NCBI GenBank assembly: GCA_049974095.1 | Contig: JBMFJD010000011.1 | Location: forward strand, 1-27,763 | Direction: 5' to 3' | DNA from: Nanopusillaceae archaeon | GTDB lineage: Archaea > Nanobdellota > Nanobdellia > Nanobdellales > Nanobdellaceae | DNA length: 27,763 nucleotides | Part shown: piece by piece, positions 17,625 through 25,079 of the stretch | How the letters are laid out: every line of letters starts with the position of its first letter | How positions within the stretch are numbered: the first letter of the stretch is position 1 | Notes under the pieces: generated by a model | Told to the model about the DNA's origin: nothing | Databases searched by the model: none | Seen by the model: the letters and a program-made list of their open reading frames with translations, nothing else | Position numbers and translations under genes: made by a program

Positions 17625-18170
17625 ATGGATAAAAGTATAGCACTATTGTTATTTGCAGTAGGTATGGGAGCATTATTGTATTTGTCATATAGAGGAAGCG
17701 CACTATTTTATACAGGAAATGGAGTAGTAATAAATAGTGTAAATACACCAAATATTAATGTCGGTCCAGCAGTTACAGGAGGATCTAGAGGAGTAACAGC
17801 TGTAATATACTATTATGATTATCAAAGTACTCAAGCATCATATCTACAAAGTTTATTACAGCAAATTGGATATACAGTTAATACAGTTGATGCAAGTACA
17901 TCTGTAGGATCAGCATTATTAAATAGATCTGCTGCATTTAACTATGGTTATACAACATTGCCTTTAGTACAAATAGGACACTATTATTTTGAAGTTTCTA
18001 TGACATATTTACCATATAATCAATGTCCAGGAACTATAGAAAATGTAAATGTAGATGGGATCTATATACCATTTTGTGTATATAATGGATTGTATTTATT
18101 GACAATACCTACAGCACAGGAACTATATCAAGCTTGTATAGAAACAGGCAGTCCATCTTGTTATGATTAG
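17625..18170 (+). CDS. Membrane-anchored extracytoplasmic protein (181 aa), possible thioredoxin-fold domain without CxxC
   Basis: TATA-like AATATATAAAAGG about 28 nt upstream. N-terminal helix IALLLFAVGMGALLYLSY. VTAVIYYYDYQSTQASYLQSLLQQIGYTVNTVDAS…TTLPLVQIGHYYFEV matches the beta-alpha-beta…cis-Pro-beta-beta order of glutaredoxin-like folds. 4 Cys in the C-terminal 50 aa. Confidence 0.6.
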   Translation: MDKSIALLLFAVGMGALLYLSYRGSALFYTGNGVVINSVNTPNINVGPAVTGGSRGVTAVIYYYDYQSTQASYLQSLLQQIGYTVNTVDASTSVGSALLNRSAAFNYGYTTLPLVQIGHYYFEVSMTYLPYNQCPGTIENVNVDGIYIPFCVYNGLYLLTIPTAQELYQACIETGSPSCYD

Positions 18171-20886
18171 AGATTTTTTTAAAAGATTTGTATATCTATT
18201 TGTACTAATATTTGGATTTATTTTAATTTCTCATAATATTCATTCTGCTGAAACTACTGTTTCATATAATTTCAATATAGCAGCTCAGAATGATTACTTA
18301 ATGATTAATTATAGTTATCAAGGATATAATTCATTCTGTAGTCCTATTACACAATTTGGTTGTGGTACAGGTTTATTCTTCAGAGTATTTGTATATAATC
18401 AACAAGGACAACAAATAGAGGCATTTAGAACAGGACAGAATGGATGTATTACCGATTTATCATCTACAATATGTGATATACCATATTCATTTAATAATGT
18501 TCCAATCTCTGGTTCTGATACTGTACCATTAAACCTACAGCCAGGTACTTATACTATAAAGGTAGATTTTGTAGTTGATTTAGCATGGTCGTCAGATTAT
18601 ACATTAGGAACACAGACAATAACATATACATTACAACCACAACAAATAACACCACCTCAACAAAACCAAACATTGTATTCATCTCCAACATTTACTATAA
18701 CTGCTGCTGGACCAATAGTAATACCACAAAATGTTCAAGTAGGCCAATACATCAATGTATCTATACCTATACAAGTAAAATCTAGTTCTAATCAAAATGT
18801 AGTATTTTGGGTAACTATTAAGAATCAAAATGGACAACAAGTATTATCAGAATTAGCAGGACCTTCTGGTACATCTGGAGCACCTACTAATGTATTTGGA
18901 AGTTATTATTCATCAACTGTTCCCGGTACATATTCTATAACAGCAAATGTACCTGAAGTATTAAATCTATCTTTAGTATTTTTACCATCCTCTCAAGGAT
19001 CGTATTATGTATATATATGGCCCATGACTACTACAATAAATACAGGGGTATTAGGAACAACTTTATCACCACTGACTACAGATCCAGTTCTAATAGGAAC
19101 ATTTAATGTAACAACCCAAGTACAAACTCCACCAACTGGTACTGTACTAGTAAATAATGGTCAAGTATTAATGGAGCTAGGAAATATTACTATTTCTCCA
19201 AATCCCGGTTCAGTAGGACAAACTATATATATAACATTCCCAGTATATGTAGAAGTATATTCAGGAGGAGCATATGGACCAGATCTATACATATATATAG
19301 AGAATGTTCAAGGACAACAGGTAGCATTCTATAGATTAGGATCACAGGGTTATACAACAGATTCTAGTGTTAATTATTACTTTCCAAATACACCACAAGA
19401 TGTATTACAATTCTATAATATAACAGTACCATTTGTTCCATCTCAACCTGGAACTTACTATATATATGCATTACCAAAATATGATATACAAGACTTACCA
19501 GATCAAAATCTTGGATCTCAAACGTTAGTAGCAGCATTTACTGTTAATACTAGTCAAACGTCAACTGGTATATGTGCTACAGGACAACCAACGCTAGTAG
19601 AAACAGCATGGATGCAAAATGGAGCAGTAATAACTACTGCAGGTGTTGGACAATCTATAACAGCATTTGCCGAATTTACTAATCCATCTACATGTACATA
19701 TGTAGGTTCAGTAGCTATAACAATATATACACCAGGATTATTTGGACCATCACAGTATGCTACATATACTACATCCATTAATTTACCACCAGGAAAAACA
19801 ACTAATGTTACATACCAAGTAACATTCCCCAACTCTGGAACATACTATTTTGGGGTAGCATACCAAATACCTTCATATACATATACATATAAACCACAAG
19901 ATGTTCAAACAATAGAAGGTACACCATCAAGTGCAGCAGGACCAGAGTTAACAGTAAAATCTCAACCAGCAGTATCATATAGTGTATCTTCATATTACTT
20001 TATGCAAAATGGAATGCAAACAACAAAATTATTAGAAGGACAAACAGCTGAAGCATGTGCTGTAATAACATCTAATGTACAATCACAAGCACAAGTAACA
20101 CTAGATGTATATTCTAATAACGTCTTGGGATTGCAAATGAGCGGAGGACCATTTGGTAACTTATGGTCCGTACAACAAGGAATATATACAATAATACCAA
20201 ATGGAACTGTGATATGTGCTAACTTCACTCCTTCTCAAACATCAGCATTACATCCAAATTGTTGGTATATGATAGTATATGTAAATGGACAAAACTTAGG
20301 AACATATCCACCAGATCAACAAGGAGCATGTATTATAACACAACAACAATATATACAAGCAAATGTACAATTATTAAGTTCAGGATGGTATACATCTAGT
20401 GGAATACAGGTAACTAAAGGATCCTGGTCTACAGGTATATATTATGTAAATGCTACATTTGCAAACTTAGGAAGTGTAGCAGCATCAGTACCTGTAGAAA
20501 TAGATATAGATACACCAGGAGGATTCTTTGGATTATTGTCACCAACAACAATACAGAAATGTTCTGATGTATTACAAATAACACCAAACTCTACAGCATC
20601 ATTCTCATGTAGTGCAAACTTAGGAGATGGTCAATATTATTATGTAATACTTGAAAATGGAAAAACTGTACAAACAGGACCAACAATAACAGTAGGATTC
20701 TTAGAATATGTAAAGCAATTCTTCAATAGAATATTAACAGCAGTGGGAGTAAGTGGTATAATAATGTTAGTACTATTTATATTCTTTGGACCATACATAA
20801 TTAGAGGACTTATATGGATGTTTGAAGCATGGAAGAATACTGCTGAATCAATAAAAGAAATTTTACAAAAAATAAAGAAGAAATAG
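18163..20886 (+). CDS. Secreted N-glycosylated protein (907 aa) made of ~6 tandem CARDB/Ig-like beta-sandwich modules, with a C-terminal TM and basic tail
   Basis: Signal FVYLFVLIFGFILISHNIHS|AE. Recurring motif sets: VYNQQGQQIEAF / IKNQNGQQVLSE / IENVQGQQVAFY, and QPGTYTIKV / VPGTYSITA / QPGTYYIYA / NSGTYYFGV. The anchor is VSGIIMLVLFIFFGPYII and the tail is …KEILQKIKKK. Confidence 0.85.
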   Translation: MIRDFFKRFVYLFVLIFGFILISHNIHSAETTVSYNFNIAAQNDYLMINYSYQGYNSFCSPITQFGCGTGLFFRVFVYNQQGQQIEAFRTGQNGCITDLSSTICDIPYSFNNVPISGSDTVPLNLQPGTYTIKVDFVVDLAWSSDYTLGTQTITYTLQPQQITPPQQNQTLYSSPTFTITAAGPIVIPQNVQVGQYINVSIPIQVKSSSNQNVVFWVTIKNQNGQQVLSELAGPSGTSGAPTNVFGSYYSSTVPGTYSITANVPEVLNLSLVFLPSSQGSYYVYIWPMTTTINTGVLGTTLSPLTTDPVLIGTFNVTTQVQTPPTGTVLVNNGQVLMELGNITISPNPGSVGQTIYITFPVYVEVYSGGAYGPDLYIYIENVQGQQVAFYRLGSQGYTTDSSVNYYFPNTPQDVLQFYNITVPFVPSQPGTYYIYALPKYDIQDLPDQNLGSQTLVAAFTVNTSQTSTGICATGQPTLVETAWMQNGAVITTAGVGQSITAFAEFTNPSTCTYVGSVAITIYTPGLFGPSQYATYTTSINLPPGKTTNVTYQVTFPNSGTYYFGVAYQIPSYTYTYKPQDVQTIEGTPSSAAGPELTVKSQPAVSYSVSSYYFMQNGMQTTKLLEGQTAEACAVITSNVQSQAQVTLDVYSNNVLGLQMSGGPFGNLWSVQQGIYTIIPNGTVICANFTPSQTSALHPNCWYMIVYVNGQNLGTYPPDQQGACIITQQQYIQANVQLLSSGWYTSSGIQVTKGSWSTGIYYVNATFANLGSVAASVPVEIDIDTPGGFFGLLSPTTIQKCSDVLQITPNSTASFSCSANLGDGQYYYVILENGKTVQTGPTITVGFLEYVKQFFNRILTAVGVSGIIMLVLFIFFGPYIIRGLIWMFEAWKNTAESIKEILQKIKKK

Positions 20887-21573
20887 CTAGTACTCTTCAG
20901 CTAGATCTATATTTTTAGTAGTAACCTCTTTTGTTTTATATATTATGATTGGTATACCTAAATCTTCAAACTTTTTTACTATATTATCTCTAGATACTTT
21001 GTAAAATATAATTCTATCCTCATAGTAAGGATCTTTCAATAATTTGTATCTTCTGAAATTCTCCTTTATCTTATTTATGTATTCCTCTTTAGCAGGAATT
21101 ACAATAGTCCAAAGTGTAATTTTATCCACATATGTTAATATTCTATCCATGACTAATCTAACATGATCTGGTGTTATATCATGGTTTCTTATATATTCGT
21201 ATAATATGTCATCTATAATATCATTAATATCTATCTCGACTATCTTACCAAAATATCCTCCTATTTGTTCCTTCTCTGTAAAAGATATATCCAATAATTC
21301 GGAGTCTCCTGTAGTTAGGTATCTATGTATAGCATATCGTAATCTATATGGGTCGTCTCCTAATACAGTTCTATAATATATATTTTCTAAAGGTGTAAAT
21401 CTACCGCGTATCTCTAATCTAAAACCTGTACCACTTGCACTTCTATATAGTCTAACATTATCCCTACCGAAAATCTTTACAGAATATAATAATGAGGCTG
21501 ATAGTTCTCTATAGTTGTCTATATCTACTGTAATCCTATCAATACAAAATTTGTTTATGTTTGGTACTTCCAT
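20887..21573 (-). CDS. Cytoplasmic protein (228 aa), possible archaeo-eukaryotic primase (AEP)-like replication protein
   Basis: RITVDIDN (hhhDhD, nt 21517-21534), then about 30 aa later SASGTGFRLEI (cf. AEP motif II SGxGxHh, with Arg in place of His; nt 21409-21441), then LGDDPYRLRY. Shares a 22-nt promoter with gene 24491-24799. By-eye motif call only. Confidence 0.35.
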   Translation of the reverse strand: MEVPNINKFCIDRITVDIDNYRELSASLLYSVKIFGRDNVRLYRSASGTGFRLEIRGRFTPLENIYYRTVLGDDPYRLRYAIHRYLTTGDSELLDISFTEKEQIGGYFGKIVEIDINDIIDDILYEYIRNHDITPDHVRLVMDRILTYVDKITLWTIVIPAKEEYINKIKENFRRYKLLKDPYYEDRIIFYKVSRDNIVKKFEDLGIPIIIYKTKEVTTKNIDLAEEY

Positions 21574-21584
21574 GAAAATTATAT

Positions 21585-21606
21585 TATAACAAATATTTAT
21601 ATGTGT
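21585..21606 (-). promoter_or_regulatory. Conserved 22-nt promoter element (minus-strand reading ACACATATAAATATTTGTTATA), copy 1, drives gene 20887-21573
   Basis: Exact 22/22 match with 24810-24831. It ends 11 nt from the ATG, placing the TATAAATA core about 26 nt upstream (leaderless geometry). Confidence 0.65.
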
Positions 21607-21683
21607 AATGGAAATTTAGGGGCTACTAATGTATAAATAATTTTAGAAAAACTATTTTACTTCAAAAAATATAAAGAATAGCT

Positions 21684-21693
21684 TTTTATATAA
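21684..21693 (+). promoter_or_regulatory. TATA-like box TTTTTATATA for paralogue 1
   Basis: Its centre is about 25 nt upstream of ATG 21713. Confidence 0.5.
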
Positions 21694-21712
21694 CCTTCTA
21701 TAATAATATAAT

Positions 21713-21919
21713 ATGGTAAAGACAATGCAAGAAGCAAAAGCCAAATATACAACAAAAATAAGAGCAGCAGGAGATAAATATGCAACTGATGTAGGAGCAT
21801 TCTTGGGAATGGATGTATCAGGATCATTTCCAGTAAGGAATTATAAAGAAGCAGTACAAGCACCAGATATAGCAGATAGATGGGAAAGGGGATATAGATC
21901 AGCTTTCTCAGTCAGATAA
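21713..21919 (+). CDS. Small helical HTH-like protein, paralogue 1 of 3 (68 aa)
   Basis: MVKTMQEAKAKYTTKI…DVGAFLGMDVSG…YKEAVQAPDIADRWERGYRSAF. Own TATA (21684-21693) and a T7 tract downstream. Confidence 0.7.
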   Translation: MVKTMQEAKAKYTTKIRAAGDKYATDVGAFLGMDVSGSFPVRNYKEAVQAPDIADRWERGYRSAFSVR

Positions 21920-21922
21920 ACC

Positions 21923-21932
21923 TTTATATTTT
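21923..21932 (+). promoter_or_regulatory. TATA-like box TTTATATTTT for paralogue 2
   Basis: Its centre is about 26 nt upstream of ATG 21953. It overlaps the T-tract that follows paralogue 1. Confidence 0.45.
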
Positions 21933-21935
21933 TTT
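21929..21935 (+). terminator. Oligo-T (T7) tract after paralogue 1
   Basis: A run of seven T starts 10 nt past the stop. Confidence 0.45.
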
Positions 21936-21952
21936 CCGTTTATATAGTTTTT

Positions 21953-22174
21953 ATGGTTAAAACTATAAAAGATGCAGTAAGAAATTATTATTTGGCTATA
22001 ACAAATCCCAAAACACCTGCTAAGTATATACAAGGTATTGCAAGATTCTTAAATAAACCTGCATCCGAGGTTGCAAAATCCAGAGCTGCAATGAATTATA
22101 TCTCATTTACTTATAATTCTCGTATAGATGCACAAAAATATATACAAGATCTAGAAAAGGCATTCGAAGAATAG
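21953..22174 (+). CDS. Small helical HTH-like protein, paralogue 2 of 3 (73 aa)
   Basis: MVKTIKDAVRNYYLAI…GIARFLNKPASEVAKSR…AQKYIQDLEKAF. Own TATA (21923-21932) and a T5 tract downstream. Confidence 0.7.
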   Translation: MVKTIKDAVRNYYLAITNPKTPAKYIQGIARFLNKPASEVAKSRAAMNYISFTYNSRIDAQKYIQDLEKAFEE

Positions 22175-22181
22175 TTCCATC

Positions 22182-22186
22182 TTTTT
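22182..22186 (+). terminator. Oligo-T (T5) tract after paralogue 2
   Basis: CTTTTTG lies 8 nt past the stop. Confidence 0.35.
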
Positions 22187-22196
22187 GAACTAAAAA

Positions 22197-22207
22197 TTTT
22201 TAATATA
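22197..22207 (+). promoter_or_regulatory. TATA-like box TTTTTAATATA for paralogue 3
   Basis: Its centre is about 24 nt upstream of ATG 22226. Confidence 0.45.
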
Positions 22208-22225
22208 TGAATACAATATCATAAT

Positions 22226-22453
22226 ATGGTAAAGTCACCGGAAGAGGCTATAAAAAAATATGAGGAAGATATAAGATCGCAACAAGCACTCAACAACTAT
22301 TGTAAAAAGATTGCAGAATTCTTGCAAGTATCGCCGGATGTTGTCTGTCAATCATTACCAGCAAAGGATTGGGAGGAAGCAGTAAAGCAATCAGGTATTG
22401 GACAAAGATGGTATGAAGATTATAAAGCAGCTTTCTTATCTAGAAGAGCATAA
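22226..22453 (+). CDS. Small helical HTH-like protein, paralogue 3 of 3 (75 aa)
   Basis: MVKSPEEAIKKYEEDI…KIAEFLQVSPDVVCQS…WEEAVKQSGIGQRWYEDYKAAF. Own TATA (22197-22207) and a T7 tract downstream. Confidence 0.7.
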   Translation: MVKSPEEAIKKYEEDIRSQQALNNYCKKIAEFLQVSPDVVCQSLPAKDWEEAVKQSGIGQRWYEDYKAAFLSRRA

Positions 22454-22459
22454 TTTTAA

Positions 22460-22466
22460 TTTTTTT
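22460..22466 (+). terminator. Oligo-T (T7) tract after paralogue 3
   Basis: A run of seven T starts 7 nt past the stop. Confidence 0.45.
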
Positions 22467-22476
22467 GATATAAAAA

Positions 22477-22489
22477 TTTTTATATAAAA
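22477..22489 (+). promoter_or_regulatory. TATA-like box TTTTTATATAAAA for gene 22507-24078
   Basis: Its centre is about 24 nt upstream of ATG 22507. Confidence 0.5.
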
Positions 22490-22506
22490 TATTTAATATA
22501 TATTTT

Positions 22507-24078
22507 ATGAATAGAAGAATAATATTAGGTCTGTTAATTATAGCATCTGTATTACCAGGAATTTATTCGCAAGTATACTATATAAACGCAACAGCAGGGT
22601 ATTATGTAACCAATTTAACATCATCTCCAACAAGCGTACCAGTAGATGCATCATATGTAACATATGGAAATGTATCTTGGAATAATAACAATTTATGGGT
22701 ATCTGGTAATAATGCATTCTTTGTAGAATTAAATCTTTCCATTGATCCAAACATATATCAAGCTATTATGAATTATGGTGGAATAAGTATTACAGCTTCA
22801 TCTTCTGGAGGTGTAGAAGGATGGGTAAATAACTTTAATAATGTATATAATTATACATTCGCATGTGGTATTGCATCTTCAGGAACTGTTTATGGTCAAA
22901 CATCATCATGTAGTGTAAACAACTTTAATTTATCTGCATATCTACAGTCTGGAAGTAATACAATAATATTATACTGTAATGCTGGGTCTGCTTCTTCACC
23001 TTACTGTAATTTCTATTTAACATTACCTGCAAATGTACAAATAAATATGAATTCTAATATATCAGTACTTTATGAGAACTTAACAGCACCAATAGATACA
23101 TATAACTATACACAGCAAATATGGCAAGTTTATAACACGTCTTACACGGAAACATTTAATTATACTTCACAAATATGGTATGTATATAATGCTTCATATT
23201 TAGAAACAGTACAAAGTAATGACGTAATAACGATGCAGAACTATACAGTAACTACTACAAATAATTCTAAGACAACATCAGTAACTGCGCAAATAACAGG
23301 ATCTCAAGCCTTACCAATATTATTAGTAGCTTATTTAGTTACTCAAAACAATACATTAGTAAATGTTACAAATTATGCACCAACAATAACAATAAATGGT
23401 GTAAGCTATGGAAATACTCCAATAGTTACATTTAATTATCAACCTCCACAAAGTACCTATTATATACAGATAACAGATAATTATCCTCAATATAAGACAG
23501 CAGTATTTATGTTTGCATGGAATCCTCAGCAAATAATAACTGTTGGTCTAGTACCACCATTGGGATCATATTCATATACTATAGGACAACCACAATTATC
23601 ATCATATACAAAAACAGTACAGTTCATATATGGAATACCATTATATCTATTTCCAACTGAAAATGAACAAAATCCAACTGTACCTGTATTGATAAATTTA
23701 CAACAATTATCTAATCAATTAGGAGTAAATATATCGGCACAAGGATTAATTGTAATGCAATATAATCCAATGACAGGAAACTTTAATATGGTACCATACT
23801 TTATTGATCCTAATATACAATATCCATATGCATTGATGTTTGTAAGGGTACCGCAATTCCAAGCAAATGTGCCAACAATACTATATATATTTGTAACAAA
23901 TTCACAATATTCTAACTTCCAACAACCAAATCTAGTATTTAACTTCTTCGTAAACTTCCAAATACCATCATATTATTCATTAATAAATCTATATACAACA
24001 TCTGGAGTAACATATCAACAAACACCATTGGGATTACAAGTTAACCTTAATGGTGGAACCTTATCATTATATACATAA
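22507..24078 (+). CDS. Secreted N-glycosylated protein (523 aa) with lectin-like module, internal 18-aa tandem duplication and C-terminal DUF2341-like module
   Basis: Signal MNRRIILGLLIIASVLPGIYS|QV. GWVNNFNN…FNLSAYLQSGSNTIILYC. YNYTQQIWQVYNTSYTET/FNYTSQIWYVYNASYLET. MVPYFIDPNIQYPYALMFVRVPQFQANVPTILYIFVTNSQY. Confidence 0.85.
   Translation: MNRRIILGLLIIASVLPGIYSQVYYINATAGYYVTNLTSSPTSVPVDASYVTYGNVSWNNNNLWVSGNNAFFVELNLSIDPNIYQAIMNYGGISITASSSGGVEGWVNNFNNVYNYTFACGIASSGTVYGQTSSCSVNNFNLSAYLQSGSNTIILYCNAGSASSPYCNFYLTLPANVQINMNSNISVLYENLTAPIDTYNYTQQIWQVYNTSYTETFNYTSQIWYVYNASYLETVQSNDVITMQNYTVTTTNNSKTTSVTAQITGSQALPILLVAYLVTQNNTLVNVTNYAPTITINGVSYGNTPIVTFNYQPPQSTYYIQITDNYPQYKTAVFMFAWNPQQIITVGLVPPLGSYSYTIGQPQLSSYTKTVQFIYGIPLYLFPTENEQNPTVPVLINLQQLSNQLGVNISAQGLIVMQYNPMTGNFNMVPYFIDPNIQYPYALMFVRVPQFQANVPTILYIFVTNSQYSNFQQPNLVFNFFVNFQIPSYYSLINLYTTSGVTYQQTPLGLQVNLNGGTLSLYT
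23101..23208 (+). repeat. In-frame tandem duplication, 2 x 54 nt (18 aa), inside gene 22507-24078
   Basis: YNYTQQIWQVYNTSYTET (23101-23154) and FNYTSQIWYVYNASYLET (23155-23208). Each unit carries two N-x-S/T sequons. Confidence 0.7.
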
Positions 24079-24494
24079 TGGATCTAGATACCTGTAATAA
24101 AATTGTAGATAATATATCTAAAAGATATAATATAATAGGAAGAGATTGGATACCTGATGGATCATGTGTTGTAAAGATAAGATTACCTGAAAAGTTTAGT
24201 CCTGTAGGAGGAAACATTGAGGTAGACTTTACCTTTGATGAAGTAAATGGGGTAGTATATTCAGATATGAAAGTAATAGTTCCATATAGTGAAAGACTTT
24301 GGATATATTATGCATCAAAGAAACCAACTATGTTTGAAGCGGATGTATATACAACAAAAGAGGATAATAATCTAGTATACAAATTTACTGTTGGAGAGGT
24401 ACATGATTATTCTAATAGTAAAACAAAATATGAGATAATGCAAGGTTGGTTTATAGATGATATGATAAATGGATTAATGATAGAAAAACGTTAA
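24078..24494 (+). CDS. Cytoplasmic protein (138 aa), unknown function; shares an N-terminal motif with ORFs 25066-25494 and 25511-25759
   Basis: TAATG coupling to the upstream glycoprotein gene. CNKIVDNISKRYNIIGRD compares with FQKIMDIIAKSYIRIIRD and CKDIVNKIQGVRLANRD. Confidence 0.65.
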   Translation: MDLDTCNKIVDNISKRYNIIGRDWIPDGSCVVKIRLPEKFSPVGGNIEVDFTFDEVNGVVYSDMKVIVPYSERLWIYYASKKPTMFEADVYTTKEDNNLVYKFTVGEVHDYSNSKTKYEIMQGWFIDDMINGLMIEKR

Positions 24495-24799
24495 GATTCT
24501 AGAGGGTAGAATTTATCCTTTTCTTTTTCATAGAAAGACCTTGCATATGCAACGAAATCTTCAAGGGATAGATTCTTTTCCTTTAATTTTTTGATTAAAT
24601 AACCCTTATATATAAATTGCCAACCTTTTTCCTTTAATTCATTTAATAATTCCTGTTCAAATTGTTCTATCTCTTCACTAATTTTATCCTTATCTTCATT
24701 TGTTTTTACATCACTAGCAGGTTTAATAGATAAAGCTTCCAATATTTTATCTAGTTTAGCACTAATTTCATCAAGATATTTCTTTAGTTCCTCATCCAT
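24491..24799 (-). CDS. Acidic coiled-coil protein (102 aa from ATG 24799)
   Basis: The track start 24817 is TTG and lies inside the conserved promoter 22-mer. The first ATG, at 24799, gives MDEELKKYLDEISAKLDKILEAL… and sits 10 nt from the promoter repeat, matching the geometry at gene 20887-21573. Confidence 0.65.
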   Translation of the reverse strand: MDEELKKYLDEISAKLDKILEALSIKPASDVKTNEDKDKISEEIEQFEQELLNELKEKGWQFIYKGYLIKKLKEKNLSLEDFVAYARSFYEKEKDKFYPLES

Positions 24800-24809
24800 T
24801 AATATATAG

Positions 24810-24831
24810 TATAACAAATATTTATATGTGT
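24810..24831 (-). promoter_or_regulatory. Conserved 22-nt promoter element, copy 2, drives gene 24491-24799
   Basis: Exact repeat of 21585-21606. It ends 10 nt from ATG 24799 and overlaps the stop codon of the upstream zinc-ribbon gene. Confidence 0.65.
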
Positions 24832-25079
24832 TATATCTTATACATTTCTTTTATTCTATTTATTTTTCTATTTCTAATAAAAACGCTTGCTTCTTTAGGA
24901 TTATCAAATTGGGCTATTATTACTTTCCAAGATGGCTCGTCATCCCTTATGATATTAAAGTATTTACCACAATATGGGCATCTCTTTACTTTTTTCTTAC
25001 CTTCTCTGACAGAATCATATAATGATAAGTTTCCGCAGTAAGGACATTCTAAAATCCAATATCTCTTAGAATTTACCAT
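24831..25079 (-). CDS. Zinc-ribbon protein, DUF1922-like (82 aa)
   Basis: YWILECPYCGNLSLY…KKVKRCPYCGKYFNI: two CxxC pairs with the spacing and flanks typical of the archaeal DUF1922 zinc ribbon. 14-nt overlap with the upstream gene. Confidence 0.6.
   Translation of the reverse strand: MVNSKRYWILECPYCGNLSLYDSVREGKKKVKRCPYCGKYFNIIRDDEPSWKVIIAQFDNPKEASVFIRNRKINRIKEMYKI

Noticed and set aside
17618-17635. 18-nt identity (TATAATTATGGATAAAAG) around the start codons of genes 17625 and 26389 (26382-26399)
   Set aside because: It is AT-rich, spans a generic initiator context plus Met-Asp-Lys codons, and a rough estimate puts it near chance expectation for this composition. It may only reflect similar start contexts.
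18585-18785. 66-aa plus-strand ORF in an alternative frame of gene 18163-20886
   Set aside because: Embedded out of frame, with a Thr/Asn/Ile low-complexity product.
19554-20228. Three minus-strand ORFs (19554-19832, 19808-19993, 19995-20228) antisense to gene 18163-20886
   Set aside because: They lie in the A3-rich half of the sense gene and are fragmented across frames, with no independent support.
21657-21863. 68-aa minus-strand ORF antisense to small paralogue 1
   Set aside because: The plus-strand ORF belongs to a three-member paralogous family with matching promoters. The antisense product is Leu-rich nonsense.
22538-22750. 70-aa minus-strand ORF antisense to the 5' end of gene 22507-24078
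   Set aside because: Embedded antisense ORF with no support.
24826-25041. Two plus-strand ORFs (24826-25041, 24828-25022) opposite the zinc-ribbon gene
   Set aside because: The minus-strand frame encodes a clean CxxC…CxxC zinc ribbon in an operon. The plus-strand products are Phe/Leu/Ile-rich antisense artefacts.
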